64,000 nucleotides of DNA from IMG/VR virus record IMGVR_UViG_3300033074_002207. The stretch is one strand, 5' to 3'. Position 1 is the stretch's first letter, and each line of letters starts with the position of its first letter. This stretch comes from a virus. Its lineage: Duplodnaviria; Heunggongvirae; Uroviricota; Caudoviricetes. Position numbers and translations under genes: made by a program. The notes under the pieces were generated by a model. It worked only from the letters and a program-made list of their open reading frames with translations, did no database searches and had not been told where the DNA came from. Shown piece after piece: positions 48,022-56,093 of the stretch.

Positions 48022-48064
48022 CAAAAAAAAGAAACTGCCAGGGGAAAAAACGTTTCCCCTGGCA
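48022..48064 (-). terminator. Intrinsic terminator-like hairpin oriented on the - strand
   Basis: 12-bp stem TGCCAGGGGAAA/TTTCCCCTGGCA preceded on + by an A-run (U-tail on -). Confidence 0.6.
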
Positions 48065-48087
48065 TGCGGAAATACTCGGGCGAAAAA

Positions 48088-48615
48088 ATGGAAGAAACAC
48101 CTATAGAACTATCCCCAGAATACGACTATAAGAAAGTATGGCATTACATCCGAATGATGAAGAAAGCATACGAAGTGTCTAATGGCGAATTAAGATATAC
48201 AACACCATCGGAATATCAACTGCCAGAAGATGTGGATGAAACAATACTGACACCAGAAATCAAAAATAGATTTATCATACCAACATCACTGACAATACCT
48301 GTATATAGGAAAAGTGGAACATTCGCTCCACCACAAATACCAGAACTGTATGTGATGAGATGGAAGTATGGAGTAGCCCTTAGAGAACACTATGGATTTA
48401 TGACGGAATTCACAAACCTGATAAGACAAAAGAGCGGAGAATATCAAAACAACTTTAATACACAAGTGATGGCGTATGCAAAAGGAAGACTCATCAAAAC
48501 ACTGGCTCCACATGAACACTGGAAAGCTATGGATGCTACTAAATTACATGTGGAAACAGAAGACTACCTGAATGCATATATAGCAACACAAATACTGGAG
48601 AACGAAGATGAATAA
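48088..48615 (+). CDS. Hypothetical protein
   Basis: ORF; start at ATG 48088 or 48064. Confidence 0.7.
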   Translation: MEETPIELSPEYDYKKVWHYIRMMKKAYEVSNGELRYTTPSEYQLPEDVDETILTPEIKNRFIIPTSLTIPVYRKSGTFAPPQIPELYVMRWKYGVALREHYGFMTEFTNLIRQKSGEYQNNFNTQVMAYAKGRLIKTLAPHEHWKAMDATKLHVETEDYLNAYIATQILENEDE

Positions 48616-48733
48616 CTATACACTTAATTTTGACTACATCGAAGACGGAATCATCGTCTTTGAACTGCTCCACCCATATGCCTACGATATCTCAAACTGC
48701 GGCACCGTCCAACTCTCTCAACTGAAGGATTAA
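48608..48733 (+). CDS. Small hypothetical protein (41 aa, not in ORF track)
   Basis: MNNYTLNFDYIEDG...; fills the gap. Confidence 0.45.
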   Translation: MNNYTLNFDYIEDGIIVFELLHPYAYDISNCGTVQLSQLKD

Positions 48734-48738
48734 CAATC

Positions 48739-49053
48739 ATGTCGGAATATGAAAAAGTAGATGATGAAATTGTTCAAGCATTGTCCATATCCAATACACC
48801 AGCAATAGGCGGAATCCATATCGGAAGCGATGGAAGCGAAAGCCACTTCTACCGAGTAGAAGAAACATTAACAGAAAAAACAAAATTGTTTTCCATCATG
48901 CAAGAAAATATAGCACTGAGAATGACACAACGAGACGGTGTGGAATTTGTTAATATGCAAACTGGCAAAACATTGATGAGACTTTCTCAAGATGGAGATT
49001 TGTATATCAAAGGTATCGTGAAAACACTGCCAGAGGATGATAATGTGCTATAA
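48739..49053 (+). CDS. Hypothetical protein
   Basis: Beta-rich C-terminus LMRLSQDGDLYIKG. Confidence 0.65.
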   Translation: MSEYEKVDDEIVQALSISNTPAIGGIHIGSDGSESHFYRVEETLTEKTKLFSIMQENIALRMTQRDGVEFVNMQTGKTLMRLSQDGDLYIKGIVKTLPEDDNVL

Positions 49054-49061
49054 TAGCCATT

Positions 49062-49349
49062 ATGCCCTATAACGTTAGGAAGTGTGCGTCTACCAGACCC
49101 ATTGCAGCCAATCGGGTGAGCCAGTATACAGCACCCAACTCATATACACCTAAACCCGTCGAACCCTATGTGAAAATCCAAGACGGGAATCCTATCATCG
49201 TGCGAAGCAAGGGCATGGACTTCGTTGTGGAAGATGATAGCGTCTGCGTCTTCTCTATCAAACATGATAAAGTCATCTTCTCTATTACAGATGATGAAAT
49301 TGTTATCGGAAATAAAGACGGAGAACATATCAAGGTGAAACTGTCATGA
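49062..49349 (+). CDS. Hypothetical protein, GEHIK family
   Basis: C-terminus FSITDDEIVIGNKDGEHIKVKLS. Confidence 0.7.
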   Translation: MPYNVRKCASTRPIAANRVSQYTAPNSYTPKPVEPYVKIQDGNPIIVRSKGMDFVVEDDSVCVFSIKHDKVIFSITDDEIVIGNKDGEHIKVKLS

Positions 49350-50053
49350 ACAACCCTGCCTACAACGCATCACTCAGCAAAGAAGCTTTGAAGTATCTTC
49401 TGGAAAACCCAGACGCGGAATATCTTGCCGCTATGATGGTAGAAGAAGAGGATGATGACTATGAAGATGTTGACACTCCTGTATATGATGCTATTCCTAC
49501 AGATGTGGCGGATAACAATGGAGATATAATTTCATATGACGAAATGCAACAGGCTATCATTATGGATGCACTCAACAACCCCTCTGAACAAATGAAGAAA
49601 ATATGGCACACAAACGATGATAAAAACGGAGACTGGATAAAAGCTGCCAACACACCACCTGTCTATAACAATCAAGACTTCATAGATGCAATGAACTATG
49701 CACAACAACATGCCATTAAACATGATAAACAAATCATGGAATATGAAGCTCTGAAAAAAATAGTCCAACAACAAGCTGGCGAAATCAGCAATCTCAAAAG
49801 CATCTACACCAGTGCTATCAAAACCATCATGGCACAAGATACGGCTATCGAACAACTCACTAAAGAGTTTGAAACAATGAAACGATATGTCCAAAAAATG
49901 CATGACGCACTCTCACTGCTCAACATCCATAAACAAAATGGAGAGACAATACTGAAGACCAGCGATATGGGCGCTCTCAACGCTATCACTATCAACTCTT
50001 CATATATCATCATTGGCAACCCCAATGGAGAACATATCAAACTGATGCTCTAA
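49346..50053 (+). CDS. Hypothetical coiled-coil protein, GEHIK family
   Basis: C-terminus ITINSSYIIIGNPNGEHIKLML. Confidence 0.75.
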   Translation: MNNPAYNASLSKEALKYLLENPDAEYLAAMMVEEEDDDYEDVDTPVYDAIPTDVADNNGDIISYDEMQQAIIMDALNNPSEQMKKIWHTNDDKNGDWIKAANTPPVYNNQDFIDAMNYAQQHAIKHDKQIMEYEALKKIVQQQAGEISNLKSIYTSAIKTIMAQDTAIEQLTKEFETMKRYVQKMHDALSLLNIHKQNGETILKTSDMGALNAITINSSYIIIGNPNGEHIKLML

Positions 50054-50055
50054 CA

Positions 50056-50361
50056 ATGGCTATCAACATCAACTATCAACGTAATAAAGAACTGAGAGAG
50101 TATATCGCTCAACATACGAACAATATGCCAAACAATCCAGCACCACATAATATGCCAAGCAAGTTCGGTATCTTATCCAATGGAAATCCCACTATTTCTC
50201 CTATGCCCACTCGAACACCGTCTGTCGCAGAGATTGTATACACAGACGATTCTGTCCAGTTTATACATAGGAAAACAAACAAAGCCGTCATCACCATCAC
50301 CGACGACGAAATCATCATCGGATGCCTAGACGGAGAACATATCAAACTTGATATCAAGTAG
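50056..50361 (+). CDS. Hypothetical protein, GEHIK family
   Basis: C-terminus ITITDDEIIIGCLDGEHIKLDIK. Confidence 0.7.
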   Translation: MAININYQRNKELREYIAQHTNNMPNNPAPHNMPSKFGILSNGNPTISPMPTRTPSVAEIVYTDDSVQFIHRKTNKAVITITDDEIIIGCLDGEHIKLDIK

Positions 50362-51251
50362 TATTACTGGGATATAAGTGTAAGTCTTGAAAAATGTAGA
50401 AAATTGTCTAAAAGCTCTCTCAATACCAGTCTGAAAGAATATCTGAAGAAAGTCAGAGTCAGTATGATGAAAATGATTTTCAGACTTCGTTGAACCTGGG
50501 CTTTAGGCGAAGTCGAGAAGTGGTAGGGAAAGTCGAGAGAGAAAAGATGATGCCCCACCACTGAGAAGCCTGTTGGAGAGTAGGCTAAGGAGAATCAAGG
50601 AATAGTTTACTCAAGTGGATGGGGCTTATTTGTGAGCAGAGATGGAGGAAATAACATCGGTGCTACCACTAGATAATAACGAAGAAAAGATTTGCCAAAC
50701 TTCAGAACTATCTATTATAGAGTTCTGCAATTTTGAATCTGCGTCCTGCTTTTGGGAGACTTTTTTGAAGATTATTTCGTCTGGCTGGAAGAGGGGTGGT
50801 GGAGAGGCGTCCCATCTTCATCCCATGATTTGCCCAGTCTTATCCCATGTCAATCCCTATTTTAGATTTTCGTGTCAACAGGGAATAATTTTGATGTTTA
50901 TTTATGTAGGGTGGAAAAGGATTCCTACATGATGTTAAAAGGCTTCTCGGCGCGGAAAAATGCCCCAAAAAGCGTGATGACAAGAATTTCGAAAGGGGCT
51001 GGGGTTCGGCTGGCGCGTTCGACCCGACCCTATTTCAAATTTTAGATATGAAAAATTTACATTTCGAGGCATAAAATCGAACCAATTTTGTTTGACCCTA
51101 TGGTGTTGCAATTAAATCGGCGCGGGGTATGAATTTAGGTTCGGAAATTTGCTTTTCTGAGAATTTTATGATATGGCGGGTAATTTTGAAAGGAAAAGTA
51201 GGGGATATGAGTAGTGCCCTGTAAATCTATTTATGTTGGGGAGTTACAACA
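50362..51251. other. Large non-coding region at a compositional switch; candidate replication origin
   Basis: No credible ORF; A/C-rich + strand upstream, G/T-rich downstream; phased repeats inside. Confidence 0.45.
50810..50860 (+). repeat. Five imperfect TCCCATG-like repeats at an exact 11-bp period
   Basis: TCCCATC 50810, TCCCATG 50821, GCCCAGT 50832, TCCCATG 50843, TCCCTAT 50854. Confidence 0.7.
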
Positions 51252-51455
51252 ATGACCAGTGAAGAAATTCAGCGAAAGTTAGATGAGTTAGAGGAAAAGC
51301 GTTTGCAGATGTCGGAGCGTGTTTTGGCTCATAAGGCTGCTGCTGCCAATGCTTTGGATGCGATACAAAGTTCTATTGTTTCTATGCAAAATACTGTAGA
51401 AGAATTAGAGGTGTCCAATGGAAAGAAATCTCGAAAGCATCTTGCAAGAAATTGA
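51252..51455 (+). CDS. Small coiled-coil protein
   Basis: GGGAG RBS. Confidence 0.7.
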   Translation: MTSEEIQRKLDELEEKRLQMSERVLAHKAAAANALDAIQSSIVSMQNTVEELEVSNGKKSRKHLARN

Positions 51456-51585
51456 AGTCTCCGCTCAGGAGTTAGAAGACCGCGATTATATCCGCGAGGC
51501 TTCCGACCTACGCAGTTTAGTTGATTCCCTAAAGACAGGCGTACCGTTGCGTTCTCACAAAATTGTCCAGACTGTTGACAAATAG
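51418..51585 (+). CDS. Small protein (55 aa, not in ORF track) with A..L(D/E)...EAxD module
   Basis: GAGGTG RBS; SAQELEDRDYIREASDLRSLV. Confidence 0.6.
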   Translation: MERNLESILQEIEVSAQELEDRDYIREASDLRSLVDSLKTGVPLRSHKIVQTVDK

Positions 51586-51603
51586 TCCATGTAGGGATAT
51601 AAT
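51575..51603 (+). promoter_or_regulatory. Consensus sigma-70 promoter
   Basis: TTGACA-17 nt-TATAAT. Confidence 0.9.
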
Positions 51604-51608
51604 GGTTT

Positions 51609-51764
51609 AGGCTGTAAGCATTGGTTGCGGCTTAAAGAGAAACAACGATGAGTAATTACTCTTCCTAAAACTAGCATCCGCTGGAGTACCGTACTCCAAT
51701 GCCCGTGCGAGATGTTGGAAAACTAATCATACGGGACGGCAGTATCAAAACGGACAAACAGCCT
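51609..51764 (+). ncRNA. Unassigned structured ncRNA (~156 nt)
   Basis: Own promoter and terminator; terminal stem AGGCTGT/ACAGCCT; internal hairpins; no credible ORF. Confidence 0.7.
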
Positions 51765-51771
51765 GATAATT

Positions 51772-51803
51772 GAAGAAGCCCGCCATAAGCGGGCTTTCTT
51801 CTT
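51772..51803. terminator. Intrinsic terminator (likely bidirectional)
   Basis: GAAGAAGCCCGC-CATAA-GCGGGCTTTCTTCTTT. Confidence 0.85.
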
Positions 51804-51828
51804 TATTCCCAGTGTTTTCTTCTTACTC

Positions 51829-52581
51829 TTACCAGTTCCATTGGTCTGGATTATATTCGCCTATTGCGTTTTCGCTTGGCATATATTCGTTTGACATTTC
51901 GTTTGTATCTTTGCTACCGCCTGGTTTATAGATAAAGACTGTTCGAGATGGGTCTGCATAGACCACTTCAGGTATTTGGTATTCCCTTACCCAGTGTTGT
52001 CCAAGCATAGGGATTTCACTTCTATTCATAGATTCAAGTCCATAATCTCCTGGTGAGCCATGAATTGTGAATGATTTATCCAATTCAAACATTGGAATCA
52101 TTTGGTCTTTTCGGATTTCTGGTTCCACATGTGCTTGTGAGATAACTCTCCACCATGTTTCAGCGCTTTGTGCCATTTTAATAATCGCGCTGATTTCATC
52201 TGCAAATTTGTATGCATGTTTTTCGTCAAGAATATCGGCGGCGCGGATAATTTTGTTCAGTGTTGATGCTTGTCTCCATTCTTGAACGCTATATTCTGCG
52301 TGTCCTTCTTCGTCTGCTCCGTCGATGACTTCCCATCCTTCCATATCTGCGCCGCAATCGACACATACGCCATAGCATTCTCTAGCGGTTTCATTTTCGC
52401 CATCATTACCGAGGTATTCGACGTTATTATGTGGACATTGTGTTGTTTGTCCAATTGAGTCCATTGCATCGGTGATATCGAACGATTGTGCGATTTTAGT
52501 AATTCGAGTTGCATCGCTATAAAGTTTTGCCTCATCGAGTTTATTGGCTACTGAAAGAAGTTGGGCTACGATTTTTTTCAT
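51829..52581 (-). CDS. Hypothetical protein with two A..LD...AD modules and a CxxC pair
   Basis: VANKLDEAKLYSDATRITKIAQ; AADILDEKHAYKFADEISAIIKMAQ; CPH...CVDCG. Confidence 0.75.
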   Translation of the reverse strand: MKKIVAQLLSVANKLDEAKLYSDATRITKIAQSFDITDAMDSIGQTTQCPHNNVEYLGNDGENETARECYGVCVDCGADMEGWEVIDGADEEGHAEYSVQEWRQASTLNKIIRAADILDEKHAYKFADEISAIIKMAQSAETWWRVISQAHVEPEIRKDQMIPMFELDKSFTIHGSPGDYGLESMNRSEIPMLGQHWVREYQIPEVVYADPSRTVFIYKPGGSKDTNEMSNEYMPSENAIGEYNPDQWNW

Positions 52582-52794
52582 ATTAACACCTGTAATTATT
52601 CAACACCTGGGAACTATTGAATATTCATGTTGTTTGTTTTCTATTTACATGGATATAATACCTTATCTACTGAATGTGAATTAAGAATTTCGAGCGCGGG
52701 TATATATGTGCATGCGTGCGTATACATGTATATACGAGTTAGAATTTCGAGCGAGAATTTCGAGTGATGTAGAAAAAGTGAGGTATCATATAAA

Positions 52795-53061
52795 ATGGAT
52801 GACATGTTAGCAAAGGAAGGCAACGAGAAAAAAGAGAGTGAGGATATTCACTGGATTGCTCGCGCTCGATATCATGTACGTATGGAAGATTATTGGCGTG
52901 ACAGAGCGAAGGCTGCTGAATTAGAGTTAGAGCAAGTCAAGCACGAATTGAGACAATTGAAAAATTCGAGGCGACTTAAAAAATCGAGCAAGAATTTCGA
53001 GGAAGACATGAACAAGAATTTCGAGGAAGAGCGTCTTAATATTTCGAGGTGTTGCGATTGA
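52795..53061 (+). CDS. Hypothetical coiled-coil protein
   Basis: GAGGT RBS; contains an 18-bp direct repeat. Confidence 0.55.
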   Translation: MDDMLAKEGNEKKESEDIHWIARARYHVRMEDYWRDRAKAAELELEQVKHELRQLKNSRRLKKSSKNFEEDMNKNFEEERLNISRCCD

Positions 53062-53642
53062 ATAGAGATAAGGTTATAGTTTTTGATATTGATGGAGTAG
53101 TGTGCGATAGTTCTGCACGCATTCATAAATATTCTGATTACAAAGCATTCGAGCGCGGTGATTATAATGCGTTTCGAGTTTCGATGCGTGCGTATAATAC
53201 TGCTCCTGTAGATGAGGATATTCCTATTGAGCACGGTATCAAGTTATTACACAGCTTGTTACATTTTCACAACCCTGAGCACTTCACATTTTTGACTAGT
53301 AGGGGTAATGAATCTCGCGCCAACACTTTGGGTTGGTTGAGGGAACATGTTTTCTCTTGGTTAACTGACGATAATTTAATTATGCGTCCAGAGTACATCG
53401 AGACAGAGCCTGGAGTTTTCTGGAGAGAGGGCGAACCTAAATTTTGTCATGTACAATTTAAGCGTGAGGAGACTTTAAAACTCGCGCAAAAATTCGATGT
53501 TGTGATGGCTGCTGACGACCACTTGCCAATTTGCGAGATGTATCAAGAGTTGGGGGTTCCGGCTTTGCATGTTAAATTTCCTGGTGTCGATTGTTTGTCT
53601 AAGGCTGGTATGGTTGAAGTTGTGGGCTCAAAGAGTATATAA
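53049..53642 (+). CDS. HAD-family phosphatase (PNKP phosphatase-like)
   Basis: VFDIDGVVCD, FLTSRG, MRP, FKRE, ADDH. Confidence 0.85.
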   Translation: MLRLNRDKVIVFDIDGVVCDSSARIHKYSDYKAFERGDYNAFRVSMRAYNTAPVDEDIPIEHGIKLLHSLLHFHNPEHFTFLTSRGNESRANTLGWLREHVFSWLTDDNLIMRPEYIETEPGVFWREGEPKFCHVQFKREETLKLAQKFDVVMAADDHLPICEMYQELGVPALHVKFPGVDCLSKAGMVEVVGSKSI

Positions 53643-53672
53643 GGGCAAAAATGAATTTGAGGAAAATCTAGT

Positions 53673-54338
53673 GTGATGGGAAATCTTTTATCAATTTCCT
53701 CGATTCTTCAGCAGAGCGAGGTGAATGGACCAGGTGAGCGTCTGGTGATTTGGACTCAGGGTTGTACGAAGGCGTGCCCTGGATGTTTCAATCCAGAGAC
53801 CTGGAAGTTCACGCGCCGGAATGTATGGGATTCTACTGAGCTAGCTGAAAAAGTGTTTTCCTCAAACCCTGAAGGGTTGACCATAACTGGAGGAGACCCT
53901 CTCGAACAACCTGAAGCTTTGCTTGAGTTTCTGCGGGCGCTGCACAAAGATGAACACCCAGAGTATCTGCCATCGAATTTTCTGCCACGTGGAATTATAT
54001 GTTTCACAGGATTTGAAATTGAGGAAATTTCTGGCGCTGCTTTAGAGTGTCTGAAGTACATCGACCTTTTGATTGATGGCAGATACATCGAAGCTCTTCG
54101 TTACACGAGTGGTTTGGCGGGCAGTTCGAACCAGCGTTTTCACTTCAACCAAATACCTGGTCGTGGAGAAGCTCGATTGCGCCGCGAAGAAATTGAAATC
54201 GACCAGTCGATTGAGGTGCATCTCGATGAAACAGACACTGATGGCGTCATCGTCACTGGGTTCCCATTAATAAACCGCAGATTTTTGCGCGAATTAGGTT
54301 TAACAGTTCAAGATTCTTCCGTTGATAAGGTAGAATAG
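53673..54338 (+). CDS. nrdG: NrdG-like radical SAM activating protein
   Basis: NGPGERLVIWTQGCTKACPGCFNPETW, TGGDPLEQ, IDGRY, GSSNQR. Confidence 0.88.
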   Translation: MMGNLLSISSILQQSEVNGPGERLVIWTQGCTKACPGCFNPETWKFTRRNVWDSTELAEKVFSSNPEGLTITGGDPLEQPEALLEFLRALHKDEHPEYLPSNFLPRGIICFTGFEIEEISGAALECLKYIDLLIDGRYIEALRYTSGLAGSSNQRFHFNQIPGRGEARLRREEIEIDQSIEVHLDETDTDGVIVTGFPLINRRFLRELGLTVQDSSVDKVE

Positions 54339-54411
54339 ATTCATTCTTTGATTTCCTCTTGTGGGCTCCAGGCGTGCAAGTTGTAATTTTCGTCCGTAGA
54401 AGTGGCGATAT

Positions 54412-55275
54412 GTGGTTATCATGTCTAGACGAATTTTTACAAGCGCTTCTGGCGAAGCTTACAGTTATGAAATATTTGACCGCGACCTCTCTCAATATGA
54501 ACTGAAACACCTGGGTGAAATTGCTGTTTGGTGGGAATACAAGAGGTTGAAGAGATTCCCTGGTGTGAATCAGGCGCTGCAAGAATTGTTTGTGCGTCAT
54601 GATGGTATGTTGAGACAAATAGCTCAGCAATCTCATGCCATCCACTCCGGCTTAAGTGAGTTTGACGATAAGTTGCAGCACGCTCGATGCGGCGCAATCA
54701 TTGCATATGAGCGCTTTGATTTGGACAAAGCCCAGGATGCTGGCGGTCGATTATCCACATTTGTCCGCACCACGGTGTTTCGACATCTCCAGTCGGCCAA
54801 CGATGAGGATGCATTTATTGTTTGTCCCCCGACTCGACGGTCGCTGCGCAATTATCTAAACGGTCGATATGACTCGGACCCAGTAAAAAAGCGTTCGGTC
54901 GAGGAGAAGCTCGGCATCTCAAGTTCAGATGACATCCATAATTTGCGCAGAGATTTTGGGTTGTTGAATTCAAAGTTCTATTCCTACGACCACCCAATGG
55001 TCAATCCCCACCACCACGAGGTGGATTTCGATGAAATCATCTCTGGAAAGAACGTCACTGAGAATAATATTATCGACAAGGTTCAACTGGAGAGCAGCAT
55101 CTCTACGATGACACCTCGTCAACAAGAGGTGTTCACCAGGTATAACAGCGATGAATCTGTGGAATCCATCGCACAGTCGATGGGATTATCACAAAGCGCA
55201 ATTCGAAATGACATCAAAGCTGCGCGAGCAACTCTAGAAAACAGTTTTTCTGCCGATAATATTTCACATGTATAA
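54412..55275 (+). CDS. Divergent sigma-70 family factor
   Basis: Region 2-like AIIAYERFD...RLSTFV; region 4 MTPRQQEVF...SVESIAQSMGLSQSAIR. Confidence 0.75.
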   Translation: MVIMSRRIFTSASGEAYSYEIFDRDLSQYELKHLGEIAVWWEYKRLKRFPGVNQALQELFVRHDGMLRQIAQQSHAIHSGLSEFDDKLQHARCGAIIAYERFDLDKAQDAGGRLSTFVRTTVFRHLQSANDEDAFIVCPPTRRSLRNYLNGRYDSDPVKKRSVEEKLGISSSDDIHNLRRDFGLLNSKFYSYDHPMVNPHHHEVDFDEIISGKNVTENNIIDKVQLESSISTMTPRQQEVFTRYNSDESVESIAQSMGLSQSAIRNDIKAARATLENSFSADNISHV

Positions 55276-55702
55276 TCAGCCTGTGATGGAAGAGGAATTC
55301 ATGGAGTGGACCCCGTTGTCCTGGAACGAGGTGTCGTTCTGGTGGAACAGCAGCACCAAGAATTTCGAGGTGTACTCAAATCTCAGTGCAGCCACTCCTC
55401 AGAATCTCCCCTTCAATTATCGAATGTATCGAGTCGCCGGAGTCTGGGTGCTAGAGCAAGTCAAGTTCGGAGAGGCAACTCCTCATCTCATCATCAGTGA
55501 AATTCCAATTTTTCGAGGGATGTCTTTGCTGCATTGCTTGTCGATGTGCTGCTACATGTGGAAGCACCAGGTGGATTTAAAGGGGATATTCTCCGACCCA
55601 TCACGTGTCCAGGAACTGGAAGTCATCTGGGACACTCTCGAATCCTACGCGCAAAATCCACCCGAGTGGTTAGGTTCAATTGAATCTGAGTTTTCGAGCT
55701 AG
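55268..55702 (+). CDS. Hypothetical protein
   Basis: 144-aa ORF overlapping the sigma stop. Confidence 0.6.
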   Translation: MYNQPVMEEEFMEWTPLSWNEVSFWWNSSTKNFEVYSNLSAATPQNLPFNYRMYRVAGVWVLEQVKFGEATPHLIISEIPIFRGMSLLHCLSMCCYMWKHQVDLKGIFSDPSRVQELEVIWDTLESYAQNPPEWLGSIESEFSS

Positions 55703-55769
55703 AATTTCGAGCCGGAAACTTTTTTTGACTTTTTTTCGAAAAAACGCGATGACTTTTTGAAAAAGGGAG

Positions 55770-55775
55770 TATAAT
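55770..55775 (+). promoter_or_regulatory. -10 element for the tRNA-like array
   Basis: TATAAT 6 nt before the first element; no clear -35. Confidence 0.6.
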
Positions 55776-55781
55776 ATAAAT

Positions 55782-55824
55782 GTAAGCGAAGCTGCACTCA
55801 CAAAGTGGAGCGGAACTTACACCA
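55782..55824 (+). ncRNA. CCA-ended minihelix (element 1 of array)
   Basis: GTAAG...CTTAC-ACCA enclosing a GCT/AGC and CACT/AGTG hairpin. Confidence 0.55.
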
Positions 55825-55827
55825 AAC

Positions 55828-55900
55828 GCGGGTTTACCTCAGAGCAGAGGAACTCTGTCAAAGGAGTCAGTCGAAGAGTAGCGACCTTCAGCCCGCACCA
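55828..55900 (+). tRNA. Atypical tRNA-like RNA (73 nt, element 2); anticodon ambiguous (CAA or GTC)
   Basis: Acceptor GCGGGTT/AGCCCGC-A-CCA; D CCTC/GAGG; stem ACTCT/GGAGT with loop GTCAAAG; T arm GAAG-AGTAGCGAC-CTTC. Confidence 0.75.
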
Positions 55901-55903
55901 AAT

Positions 55904-55996
55904 GTCTGGGTAGCTCAGAGCGATTAAGAGCAGCTTCGTGGATTGTCAAAGAAAAGCGAAGTGCGTCGATGGTCTCGCGCCCATCCTCAGACGCCA
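55904..55996 (+). tRNA. Atypical tRNA-like RNA (93 nt, element 3) with extended anticodon arm
   Basis: Acceptor GTCTGGG/CTCAGAC-G-CCA; D GCTC/GAGC; GCTTCG/CGAAGT enclosing TGGATTGTCAAAGAAAAG; T arm GATGG/CCATC. Confidence 0.75.
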
Positions 55997-55999
55997 TAT

Positions 56000-56093
56000 G
56001 CCCGAGTAGCTCAGAGCTTAGAGCGGCCGACAAGGGGAGGGAGACCAACTTCTTGTCGGAGGGACGAAGAGTAGCGACCTTCCTCGGGCTCCA
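56000..56093 (+). tRNA. Atypical tRNA-like RNA (94 nt, element 4) with extended anticodon arm
   Basis: Acceptor GCCCGAG/CTCGGGC-T-CCA; D GCTC/GAGC; CCGACAA/TTGTCGG; T arm GAAG-AGTAGCGAC-CTTC; followed by a T-run. Confidence 0.75.

Noticed and set aside
50364-50932. ORFs 50364-50561(-) and 50642-50932(+) in the large gap
   Set aside because: No RBS or promoter context and atypical composition; likely spurious.
51640-51675. Hammerhead-like CGATGAG...stem within the ncRNA
   Set aside because: The required CUGANGA and GAAA core nucleotides are absent.
52684-53030. CRISPR array interpretation of the AGAATTTCGAG repeats
   Set aside because: Repeats are only 11-18 bp with highly irregular spacing (2 to >2000 nt), and no cas genes are present.
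53638-53663. Reverse-strand TCCTCAA-N15-TATA match
   Set aside because: No ATG follows, and the same bases read GAGGA on +, well placed as the RBS of the nrdG-like gene.
55904-56093. Reading elements 3 and 4 as ordinary tRNAs with introns
   Set aside because: The inserts are ~20 nt, far too short for group I introns, and no bulge-helix-bulge is evident; removing them would not restore the missing GG and TTC motifs.
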